This document shows, in pieces, positions 38,979 through 48,133 of a stretch of DNA of 64,000 nt. Position 1 is the stretch's first letter; each line of letters opens with the position of its first letter. The stretch is taken from contig JAWKQD010000002.1 of the NCBI GenBank assembly GCA_041390285.1, forward strand, positions 131,205 through 195,204, in the 5' to 3' direction. The position numbers and the translations under genes were made by a program. This DNA is from Thermodesulfobacteriota bacterium (GTDB lineage Bacteria > Desulfobacterota_D > UBA1144 > Nemesobacterales > UBA2774). Below the pieces are notes generated by a model. It ran no database searches. It saw only the letters and a list, made by a program, of their open reading frames with translations, and was not told the origin of the DNA.

Positions 38979-39917
38979 TCAGTGGACTATCTCCGTCCCC
39001 TCCTCTCCGTTTATCGCCCGATCTATATTTTCGAGCGAGGTTATGATCGTTTTCTTTCCGCCGGCTCTCAGGAAATTGATGGACGCCTCTATCTTCGGCC
39101 CCATGCTTCCAGGCGGGAAGTGCCCTTCGGCGAAATAGCGCTCGGCCTCGGCCAGCGTCATGCGCGAGATCATCTTCTGATCCGGCTTTCCGAAATTTAT
39201 CGCCACCTTGTCCACGGGCGTTACCAGCATCAATATCTCCGCGTTCACGAGGCTCGCCAGCCTCTGGGCGGCAAAGTCCTTGTCTATGACGGCGGCCACG
39301 CCCTTCAGCCCGCCGCGCGCATCCCTCACCACCGGGATGCCTCCGCCGCCGCACGCTATGACGACGTAATTGTCGTTCGCCATCCTCGATATCTCGTTCT
39401 TTTCGACTATATCCACAGGCCTCGGCGATGGCACGACCCTTCTGTACCCCCTCCCGGAATCCTCCTTCATCACCCAGCCTTCCTTTTCCTGAAGCTCCTT
39501 CATCTCCGCTTCGGTGAAGAATGGCCCGATGAACTTGGTCGGGTTCTTGAAGGCCGGGTCGTCTTCCGAAACGACGACCTGCGTAATGAAGGCGGCGACG
39601 GACCTGTCCATCTTCTTCTGGACGAATATGTTCCTGAGCCGCTGCGCTATCATGTACCCTATCTGCCCCTGCGTCATGGCGTTACACACGTCAAGCGGCA
39701 TGGGGGGGATCTCCGTCGAAAGAGATTCCTGCTGCATCAGGAAGTTCCCGACCTGCGGTCCGTTCCCGTGCGTGATAATGATCTTGTACCCCATGTCGAA
39801 GAGGCCGATTATCCTTCTGCACATCTCATCGGTTTTGAGTATCTGCTCGGAGTAAGTGCTCTTTCCCGTGTGGCTCATAAGAGCATTGCCTCCGAACGCC
39901 ACTACAGCCGCTTTCAT
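38979..39917 (-). CDS. arcC: Carbamate kinase
   Basis: 312-aa intact ORF: VVAFGGNAL, IITHGNGPQVG, YRRVVPSPRP, VIACGGGGIPV, GVAAVIDKDF, FPPGSMGPKIEA. ATGA overlap with the fdrA stop. Confidence 0.95.
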   Translation of the reverse strand: MKAAVVAFGGNALMSHTGKSTYSEQILKTDEMCRRIIGLFDMGYKIIITHGNGPQVGNFLMQQESLSTEIPPMPLDVCNAMTQGQIGYMIAQRLRNIFVQKKMDRSVAAFITQVVVSEDDPAFKNPTKFIGPFFTEAEMKELQEKEGWVMKEDSGRGYRRVVPSPRPVDIVEKNEISRMANDNYVVIACGGGGIPVVRDARGGLKGVAAVIDKDFAAQRLASLVNAEILMLVTPVDKVAINFGKPDQKMISRMTLAEAERYFAEGHFPPGSMGPKIEASINFLRAGGKKTIITSLENIDRAINGEEGTEIVH

Positions 39918-41484
39918 ATATTCTCTCCCTTGTCTCTTTTCACTGCAGGCGTTTTACCTCCGGAGGCGATGTATCCCGCCGCCCTCGACGCGAGGGCGTT
40001 CGTCGGGAATATGAGCACGCCTTCCGATTCCAGCTTTTTTTCCTGCTCGCCGAGCCCCTGCGGGTCCTTTGCCGTCCCGCAAACGTGCGCGACGAACGCG
40101 AGCTTCCGCCCCTTCTTGGCAGCGGCCTTTTTCGCTTCCTTTATCGCGGGCAGTATGTCCCCCGCGGGGTCCGGGCTCGCCACGTATCCGAGGACTATGT
40201 CGAGCAGTATGACGCCGACCTCGGCGTGCGAGGCCTCGCGGACGAGCCTTTCGTTACGTAGCTGCGCGTCTATCATCGGATGAGGACGCCCTACCGTGAA
40301 CTCCTCTTCCCCTAGGTCGAGGCACGTGTGGCGGACGCTCTTCCCCGAATCCTTCAGCTTGTATTCTTTATTTAACGGAGCGTTCGAATAAACGCCGCCG
40401 AGTATCGGTTCGAGCACCTTCTGCGCTTCGTAGCAGAGCGTCCCGCCGGAGAATAATCCCCGGAGGTACTTCTGCCCCGGGGCCAGGGACTTCACGAGCT
40501 TGTCCGCACTCTTCTTCCAGCCGTCTCCGCCCTTGATACCCTCGAGGTCGCCGCCCGCGATCTTTATCGCGCCTATGGCGGCGTCTTCCAGGGTAGACGA
40601 GAAAAAGGTCTTCCCGTTCCCGTGATTGACGTCGCTCCCGAGGAAGCATATGACGGCCGGCTTCCGCGAAGCCTCTATCGCGCTCAATATCTTTTCCGCG
40701 ACGTTCTTCGAGGGCGGCTTCGAAACGAGGACCAGAAACTCCGTTTTGTCGTCCGCTTCGAGGAGCTTTAAGGCTTCGAGTGTCATTATCCCGCCCACGT
40801 CTTCAGAGAGGTCCCGGCCCCCGACGCCTATGGCGTGCGATATACCGACGCCGGAGTTGTTTATGAGGCAGGAGACCTCCTGGAGCCCCGTTCCGGACGC
40901 GGCGACCATGCCGACCGGCCCCCTGTCGAGCACATTCGCGAACCCAAGGCCGACGCCGTTCACTATGGCCGTGCCGCACCCCGGGCCCATTACTAAAAGG
41001 CCTCTCTCTCTCGCTCTCTCCTTTAACTCTATCTCTCTTCACCTTATTCGTAAGATTGTCGCTGAAAAGAAACGTATGAAGCCCCCGTATCTATGGCCTT
41101 TCCGACCCGGGCTTTGCGAACTTGCCCGCAGATACCGCGACCAGATTAGCTCCCGGGAAGCGCGCCGTACGCCGAGCCTGCTCTTGTACTTCTTCGTCGC
41201 TCCGCCCCCGCGCCGGGCGGCGCGAGGAGCGAATCGAGCATGTTTTCACGGCCTCCTCGGCCTTCTCCCCGAATCGGCCTTCACGGCCACTATAAGATCG
41301 TCTGCCGTCGCCTCGGGCATACCTTCAAGGAGGCCCGCATCTTTAAGCATCGCAAGGTTGGCCTCGGTTCGCCATGATGGCGGCGGCGTTCTTCACGCCT
41401 GAGCGCCCGAAAGCTTCTGGCTTATCTGCATCAGCTTCATCGAATCCCGATAATGATTTTTTTAACAACGTGTAAAATCGCCAT
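39914..41484 (-). pseudogene. fdrA: FdrA (succinyl-CoA-synthetase-alpha-like acyl-CoA synthetase family). The 3' 1077 bp is intact; the 5' 500 bp has several frame changes.
   Basis: ORF 39914-40990 reads MGPGCGTAIVNGVGLGFAN..GMVAASGTGLQEV..GISHAIGVGGRDL. Upstream pieces read MAILHVVKKNHYRDSMKLMQISQKLSGAQGVKNAAAIMATEANLAMLKDAGLL, ..DLIVAVKADS.., ..GLHVFLFSDN...EIELKERARERGLLV. Confidence 0.85.
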
Positions 41485-41511
41485 TCTATATAAATCCTTT
41501 TATTCCCTATC

Positions 41512-42794
41512 TTATGCGGCCAGTTTATGCCGCTCCCCGAACGCCATCGCCTTCGAGAAGCACTCGTAAGGGGCATGCACTATTCCCGCGCCGATCTGCC
41601 CCGCGCCCGAGCTCTTGTGGACCACGGCGCTGTTTATGCTGGGCAGAATCCCGTCTCGACGACCTTTCCTGAGGTCGATGCCTGTGGGCGTCCCCTCGAA
41701 GTCGAGCGATGGGATCCCGAACTTGGGGTTCTTCGCGGTCGTTATCTCCCCCATAGCCTTCGTGATAGCGACCGACTCCTGAAAGCTCCACCCGCGAACG
41801 ACGCCATAGAAGGCGCGGCCGCTATGGCGAACCCTGCCGAGGCCCATCGTCTCGATTATGGCGCTGTCGCCTATGTCCGGCGCGCCGTCCCCGGCCGTAT
41901 CCGGGGTTATAGAGCGCATCCATCAGGTAATGGCGAAGGGGCGATGAACCACTCGTCCCTGAGCCCGCTCACCCTGATTCCGAACTCCGTCCCGTTCCGG
42001 GACATCGCTGTCACTATGGTGCAGTTTTCTATGTCCCTCGCCAGTGTCCATCGCCAGCTTGGCGGCCGTCATAGTAAAATTGAGGAAAAAGTGGCTGTTG
42101 CCCGCGATAAACCTGAACGCGCGTATACCCGGTCCGTTTGCAGCCCGAGCGATGGAAAGTATTCGGTGATATTTTTCAGGAAAAGATTAGTCGATGCGGC
42201 GTGCCTGTTGTGGCACTCGTCCCCCATCTGTATGCCCTGTGCAAGGATGCTCCACACGGGAACGCCGCCCATCTTGGCGACGACCTTCTTCATCACCGGA
42301 GCGAATTCGTCGCGCATGAACCTGAGGCGTGTGATCGTCTCTTCCTCGACCGCGCCGAACCAAAGCACCTTCCCGCCGCCCTCGTTGAACGTCGAATACG
42401 CGAGCCTGCCGCTTGCCGTGTCCTTCGTCAGCGATGACGGGCATCAATGCCGAGATTATCCTTCGTCATCGGCCCGACCGGAGCCGTGTGTATGGTTCGA
42501 GTGAAAGCTTATCTTCTTCGATTTCACGAGCTTGTCCACGGATTTCATATCCTGCGCGAGCCCTTCGAAAACCGCCGCCCTCTGACGGCCCTCTGCATGG
42601 CAAATGGCATCATCTCGCCCCACTCTATCGGCGGCCCTGCGGAGTATGGTGTCCGGCGTCATGCCGGGTATCGCATCGGAGAGTACAGTTGCCACTGCCC
42701 ATCACGACAGGCTCCACGGACAGGATATTTTGCACGGCGAGCGCATTCGCCTCGTTTATCAGCCTGCAATGTATCTTTTCGGTTTCGTTTCCAT
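41512..42794 (-). pseudogene. ylbE: DUF1116 family protein (YlbE-like), many frame changes as sequenced
   Basis: Pieces: INEANALAVQNILSVEPV, LSDAIPGMTPDTIL, AAVFEGLAQDMKSVDKLVKSKKISF, NEGGGKVLWFGA..TRLRFMRDEFAPV, IQMGDECHNRHAAST, IVTAMSRNGTEFGIRVSGL, IGDSAIIETMGLG, GIPSLDFEGTPTGIDL, GAGQIGAGIVHAPYECF. Confidence 0.75.
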
Positions 42795-42815
42795 CGCTGT
42801 CTTTTTCAGTCCTGT

Positions 42816-43402
42816 TTACGAAGGCGGCACGGCCAGTATCCACAGCAGCTTCGCCTGCTTCTTGCCGATGTTCTTCCACTTATGGTTAAGGTGCGTCCTG
42901 AAATGAAGGCTGTCGCCCTGCTTGAGTACGTACACCTTGTCGAGCACCTTGAACTGACCGTCCTTGCCGAGGCAGTAAACCAAAGCTTCCTCTCCCGAGT
43001 GCTTCAGGCTTCCTTCCGCTCGTCGCGCCGACGTCCACCGTCGCTACGCCGCCGTCATAATAAAGTCGCCGTATTTCTGCGCCGATATCGCCTTAAGATC
43101 GAGCCCTTGAACGTCAGGATCGGCTCCGCCTCTGCGGGGGACGAGGACCACGTCCTTTCCTCCTCCACTTCCTCGATGAAGTGGCTCACCTTCTTTCCGA
43201 GGGCGTCCGATATCTTCATCATCGTCGTTATGGTCGGTATGATGCCGTTCGACTCTATCTTGTGTATCGCTGCGGCCGAGATGCCCGACCTCTCTGAAAG
43301 ATCCTTTAACGACATGCTCTTTTCGGTTCGAAGCGTTTTTATTTTCTTTCCAGCCTTTGAAACCATGTGGTCAATCTGATTCTTTTCCTTGTTCATTCTC
43401 AC
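42816..43402 (-). pseudogene. XRE-family HTH plus cupin-domain transcriptional regulator, at least 2 frame changes as sequenced
   Basis: ORF 43055-43402 reads IKTLRTEKSMSLKDLSERSGISAAAIHKIESNGIIPTITTMMKISDALG. The cupin part in other frames reads SLKHSGEEALVYCLGKDGQFKVLDKVYVLKQGDSLHFRTHLNHKWKNIGKK. Confidence 0.7.
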
Positions 43403-43447
43403 CCTTATAAAGATTAAAAACGGCCTCTTCAGATACCTGTGAGCGCT

Positions 43448-44383
43448 TCATTTTCGAAATCCCAGAGGAGCCACTTTCCGGGATTCGCCGTCTACGAAAT
43501 AAACCTTTCCGTCGTTTGTCACCTTGCCTATCGCCTCGCACGAAAGCCCCAGCGCCGCGAACCTTTCCGCTACCTCCCGGTCTTCCCGGGCCTTAAAGAG
43601 AGGACGAACCCGTATAGGAACGCCAGCAGCCATTCGCCGAGCGGCGCTTCGAAGGGCCTCGGTATGATTCGACGTTGATGTCGGCCCCCTTGCCCGAGCT
43701 TTCGAGCAGCATCAGCACCGAGCCTATTAGCCCGGCCATGCTGACGTCCTTCGCCGTGTCCATGTTCTCGTCGGCCAGCGACGAAATCTCCTCCAGATGC
43801 CTTACGGCCTCCCTGCCCTCGAGCGTGCTGGAGGAATCCCAGAAATTAAAACCGGATACGAATTTTCCGTTCGGATTGTATATGAATACGAGGTCGTCCC
43901 CTTCCTGCGCGCCGAAGCTCGTAAGGAGTGTTCTTTGCCTTCCAAGTATGAATACGGCAAGCGAAGGGTGCCCCGCGCCGGTGGTTATATGGCCGCCGAC
44001 TACGGGGAACGCCGTAACGCTCCGCGTTGTCCCTGATCCCGCGCAGTATCTCCGGAAAATGCGTTTTCGGTGGAATTCGAGAAGACGACGTCCACCACTG
44101 CCACGGGCCTTCCGCCCATTGCGTATATGTCGCTTATGTTCGTGAGGACCGAAGTGCGGCCCGCAAGGTAGGGATTTTCGGCTACGAGAGGCGGGTAAAC
44201 ACCCTCGCCCGCCAGGAGGAGGTAACCGTCTCCGGTCTTTATCGCCGCCGCGTCGTCGCCGAGGAGAACCTCGCTGCCGTCTACTACAGAAGAGGAAGGC
44301 AAGTGGGTCCAGACGTCACTTATCGCCCGCTTCTGAAACAGCCTTCGACGAAGACCGTATGCTTTGAATGAAGCCTCCTGCAT
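43448..44383 (-). pseudogene. AIR synthase (PurM/ThiL/HypE)-related protein (candidate sll0787-type), several frame changes as sequenced
   Basis: ORF 44000-44383 reads LGDDAAAIKTGDGYLLLAGEG..LAGRTSVLTNISDIYAMGGRPVAVVD. Later pieces read VVGGHITTG, DDLVFIYNPNG, SMAGLIGSVLMLLESSG, ..FAALGLSCEAIGKVTNDG. Confidence 0.7.
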
Positions 44384-44410
44384 AATCTCCTCTTTCAGCC
44401 GGAGGCAATA

Positions 44411-44857
44411 TCAGCCTCCATGAGTTGGTGAGAATACCGTGATATTCCTCGGGGTTTCAATTGGAGTCCATCCCAGTCTTTGGAAAAATCTCACATTCTG
44501 CGGCTGTACGTAGCTAGGAACCTTCGGCACTCGTCCGTGGCCTTCATCGTCTGCACGGCGAACTTCACGAGCCCCATGCCGACGCGCCCGTTCCGGTACC
44601 CGGGAGCGTGCGCTCAGCCGTCCCCCCACCCACGTATCACCCTCTATCCTGTAACACTCGACCGCTCCTACCACCTCGCGCTCGGGGAGCTTCACCGAGA
44701 CTATGTGAATGACTTTGTGGAACGGGTCGGCGTCGAATTCGTCTACGTCCGTCTCGCTGAAAATGCCTTGCTCGGACACGAAAACTTCGCGTCTCAGACG
44801 AAAGTAATCCTCAAGCTCCTTCTCATCCCCGGCAATTTTGAAAATAAACCTTTCCAA
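44411..44857 (-). pseudogene. GNAT N-acetyltransferase (candidate MSMEG_0567/Sll0786-type), about 2 frame changes as sequenced
   Basis: FKIAGDEKELEDYFRLRREVFVSEQGIF....VVGAVECYRIEGDTWVGGRLSA, then other frames ..GMGLVKFAVQTMKA.. and ..VQPQNVRFFQRLGWTPI. Confidence 0.65.
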
Positions 44858-45048
44858 AAGACTATCACTCGGGACCGTTTACTATACTTGACAGCTTATC
44901 AACTTTAGTAAATTAAGTCAAGACATTTTGGATGCCGGAAGCGCCTGATAAAATGCTCTTCTGCATAGACGAAGACAAAAAGGCAATAACCCCGGAAGGT
45001 TCGGTAAATACTGCCCCGCGGTGCGAAAGCGTCCGCGAAAAATTACGG

Positions 45049-45077
45049 TTGACTATAATGCCCGAATTTCCTAGAAT
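45049..45077 (+). promoter_or_regulatory. Sigma-70-type promoter candidate for the fmdB-like/amidohydrolase pair
   Basis: TTGACT (45049-45054), 17-nt spacer, TAGAAT (45072-45077). Lies about 30 nt upstream of the ATG at 45106. Confidence 0.45.
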
Positions 45078-45105
45078 ATATAAAATATAAACTTTAGGAA
45101 ACCCT

Positions 45106-45486
45106 ATGCCTATCTACGAATATGAATGTCACGATTGTGAAAAAGAAGTAAGCATATTTTTCCTGAGTTTTTCCGACGCCGAAAACGAAGAAGCCCTTTG
45201 CCCCGAATGTGGGTCGAAGAAGCTCGAAAGAATCGTCTCCGGCGTAGCCGTCCTTAAAGAAAAAAAGCCGGTTGCCCAAACCCCCTCATCCGGAAGCACA
45301 GCACATAAAGCAGAAGACCCCCAGAGCCTGGCCCGCACGATGGACGACGCGGCCCGGAAATCATCGAAAGGCTACGGGGACGATTTCAAGGAAGTGAAAG
45401 GCCGCCTCGAAAAAGGCGAGTCTTCCACTTCGATCGAAAAGCGCATGCGTAAGCGCGTCGGTGAAAGCATGGATACGCCGCATTGA
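45106..45486 (+). CDS. FmdB-family zinc-ribbon protein (putative regulatory protein)
   Basis: MPIYEYECHDCEKEV....CPECGSKKLERI: the N-terminal CxxC..CxxC zinc ribbon typical of the FmdB family, followed by a low-complexity tail. Confidence 0.8.
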   Translation: MPIYEYECHDCEKEVSIFFLSFSDAENEEALCPECGSKKLERIVSGVAVLKEKKPVAQTPSSGSTAHKAEDPQSLARTMDDAARKSSKGYGDDFKEVKGRLEKGESSTSIEKRMRKRVGESMDTPH

Positions 45487-45527
45487 CAAAACGACAATAA
45501 CGAAACGCGTCCAAGGAGGGCAATATC

Positions 45528-46382
45528 ATGAGCGTAGTAAAGAGAAAGAAAGTTTTCGACAATCATTCGCATATAGGCCCCGTGCCCGGATTCGCATACT
45601 ACGGGCTGCCCCAGGCCGTAAAACCCACAACGGACTACGACACGACTGATGCATACCTGAAGGGCATGGACGGCCACGGCGTCGACCGCGCCCTCGTCAT
45701 GGCGAACTACGGCTACCCCGATTCGGCCCAGCCGTTCACGCTTAACCCGCTCGTCGGCGAAAGCGTGCAATCGACGGACAGGCTCCTCGGCCTAATATGG
45801 GTATCGGCGCTTCCGAAAGATAAAGAGCGGACGACCGAGGCGCTCAAGCTCATCGGCGAAAAGGGACTCGTCGGCCTCAAGACGACCTGCCTTCTCGGCG
45901 GCACATTCGACCCCGGGCAGTGGGAGCCCGAGGCTGCGGAGATATGGAAGATGATCCTCGACGCGGCGGCCGACAACGACATGCCGCTTCACATCCACAC
46001 CAGCCCCGGCGGCGGCTCCGACATAGACAACGCCCTCGCGCTCATTAAGGAATACGGGAAGAAGGTGAAGATCCACGTCGTTCACATGGGCGGCGGCGTC
46101 AGCGGGCACATCAAATTTGTCCCACGCTTCTTCGACCTCGTCGAGGAAGGCTACAAGGTCTACACCGACTCGTCGTGGGCGGTCGGGTTCGGCTCGTCGT
46201 GGCTCCTCAAGGAGATCGAGGAAAAGGGCATCGGCGGCGACCGCTTCCTTTTCGGATCGGACATACCGTGGAGCGACTTCGCTTCCGAGTACTGGAAGAT
46301 CGAAGGGGCCGAGATTTCCGAGCAGCTCAAGGACGACATCTTCTGGAACAACGCCGAGAAGCTCTACGGCAAGTTCTGGTAA
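45528..46382 (+). CDS. Amidohydrolase-2 type metal-dependent (TIM-barrel) hydrolase
   Basis: 284-aa intact ORF. VFDNHSHIG (N-terminal HxH), ..LHIHTSPGG.., ..HVVHMGGG.., ..FGSDIPW (C-terminal Asp). Confidence 0.7.
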   Translation: MSVVKRKKVFDNHSHIGPVPGFAYYGLPQAVKPTTDYDTTDAYLKGMDGHGVDRALVMANYGYPDSAQPFTLNPLVGESVQSTDRLLGLIWVSALPKDKERTTEALKLIGEKGLVGLKTTCLLGGTFDPGQWEPEAAEIWKMILDAAADNDMPLHIHTSPGGGSDIDNALALIKEYGKKVKIHVVHMGGGVSGHIKFVPRFFDLVEEGYKVYTDSSWAVGFGSSWLLKEIEEKGIGGDRFLFGSDIPWSDFASEYWKIEGAEISEQLKDDIFWNNAEKLYGKFW

Positions 46383-46496
46383 GCGGTTCCTGGCTGGAGA
46401 GTTGTAGCTCATCAACCTTTCACGTGACGCATTAACGCTCGTGATAGGTACTAATAAGGTACTAATATAGAAGAGCTATATATCTAAAGACAAAAA

Positions 46497-46521
46497 GGGT
46501 GACCGCGCGTCGCCCTTTTTT
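46497..46521 (+). terminator. Rho-independent terminator after the amidohydrolase gene (A-run upstream, so also usable from the tRNA side)
   Basis: caaaaaGGGTGAC-cgcgc-GTCGCCCtttttt: 7-bp stem (one G-U pair), 5-nt loop, T6 run. Confidence 0.65.
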
Positions 46522-46623
46522 ATTTGTATTCCAGTCTCTGCCAGACTAGATGTCCATCCATATTTGATATACAAACGTTGTTTCGATTTACAACAGGAAG
46601 TGTCGGGGAAAGGATTAGAAAAG

Positions 46624-46702
46624 TGGTGCCGAAGGCGGAGTCGAACCCGCACGCCCGGAGGGCACACCACCCCCTCAAGATGGTTCAGTTCCATACTTCG
46701 GC
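46624..46702 (-). tRNA. tRNA-Leu(GAG)-like gene with encoded CCA; D-arm and T-stem are aberrant as sequenced
   Basis: Minus strand: GCCGAAG-UAUGGAACUGAA-CCAUC-UUGAGGG-GGUGG-UGUGCCCUCCGGGCGU-GCGGG-UUCGACU-CCGC-CUUCGGC-ACCA. Good acceptor stem, anticodon arm (GAG), long variable arm and T-loop. Only 12 nt lie where the D-arm should be, and the T-stem 3' strand is 1 nt short. Confidence 0.7.
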
Positions 46703-46866
46703 ACTCGTTGGCGTACTTGCTATAGTCATACGAGGGAAGAGATAAATTAGCATAACGTGAGAGGATTTCAAGGGCCGGGTGAACGTTCTAAGAAATATTC
46801 CCGCCGGGCCGTCCTGAAACATCCCAGTAATACAGGCAAAATCGCGCTCGCCGTGCAGTGGCCCGA

Positions 46867-48094
46867 TCACGCCCCGTATTTCTGTAGCCGTCCCGAGTGC
46901 GCCAGGACGAGCGTCAGGTCCGCCGCCCTGAAGGTGCCGAGCTCCCCGCCCTGCACGCCCCCTCGCCGAACCCGCCTTCCCCGCCGCCCTGCGTACTTGA
47001 GCTTGCAAGAATCGGCACGGGATGCCAGCTGTGCGCCTTCATCCTCGCCGGCGTCGAATGGGCTCCAGTAACGACCAAAACGTCCGGCTTAAGCGCCATG
47101 ATCTCCGGCACCAGCGAATCGAATTCCTCTATAACCCCCGCCTTCGCGTCGAAGTTCCCGTCCTCGCCGTAGCTGTCCGTCTTCTTCACGTGCAGGAAAA
47201 AGAAGTCGTGCTTGTCGAAGTCCCTCTTAAGCGTCTCGACCTCGCTCTTTATCGTCATGTCCTCGACTTCCAGCACCTCCATCCCGACGAGCTTCGCGAC
47301 GCCCCTGTACATCGGATAGGTCGCGATGCATGCGGCGTCGAGGCCGTAGGCCTCGGAATAAGGCGTAAGGTTCGGATGCACGGCGAAGCCCCGGAGGAGC
47401 ATGTAATTCGCCCTCTCCTCGTCCCTTATGACCTTCGCAACTTCATCGACGAACTTCGCGACGACAGCCGCCACTTTCCCGGCCTCGGGGTTGTTGCCCT
47501 GCGGTCTCACTGGGCTCTTCCCTTCGAGCTGCGGATCGGTGTCGTTATGTCGTCCCCGCCCTTCGGCACAGGCCCCGGGAACGTCAGTATCACGGCTACT
47601 CTGTGCTCCATGCCGGACGTCACGTTCACCTGACCCCGTCTATCTCCTTGATCTTCTCCGTTATCCTGCGGACGATCCTGATATTCTCCCTGCGTCGGGA
47701 TCCTTCCCGCGCGGCGGTCGGTGACAATCGGCGTATCGCCCTCGTACTTCACGGTGGCGAAGTTGCCACGTATGGCTATATCGTTCGGGCCTACGACGAG
47801 TCCGAGCCCGAGAGCTTCGAGCACACCGCGCCCTATCTTCGTACTTTAGCGGGTCGTATCCGAAGAGCCCGAGGTGAGCCGCCCCGCTTCCGGCGTTATG
47901 CCGACGGCGACGGGCATGTGGAGCCCGGTCGCCCCCGCCCCTGCCAGCGCGTCCAGGTTCGGCGTCGATGCCGTTTCGAGCTCCGTTTTCCCGTCCTTAG
48001 TCAGCCCGCCGAGGCCGTCGAGGACGCAAAAAACTATCTTAGTATCGTTCTTCTGGAGTATTTTCTTTATCACTTCCTGCATTGTGCACCTCAT
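46867..48094 (-). pseudogene. apgM: Cofactor-independent phosphoglycerate mutase, archaeal-type ApgM family (the family also includes proposed homoserine kinases), several frame changes as sequenced
   Basis: N-terminus [28 protein letters not shown] (ORF 47846-48094). ORF 46914-47510 with ..FFFLHVKKTDSYGEDGNF..VLVVTGAHSTP..HSWHPVP. C-terminus ..ELGTFRAADLTLVLAHSGRLQKYGA after a shift. Confidence 0.75.
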
Positions 48095-48133
48095 TTAAGG
48101 GTAATAGAATTTTTCCAGCCTCCGGGCCGGCAA

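Noticed and set aside
38982-40283. 433-aa plus-strand ORF
   Set aside because: It is antisense to the carbamate kinase and fdrA genes, whose identities are unambiguous. Shadow ORF.
27316-46702. The cluster as an integrative genomic island at tRNA-Leu
   Set aside because: I saw no integrase, excisionase, transposase or conjugation genes, and noticed no repeat of the tRNA 3' end. Composition looks like the rest of the window.
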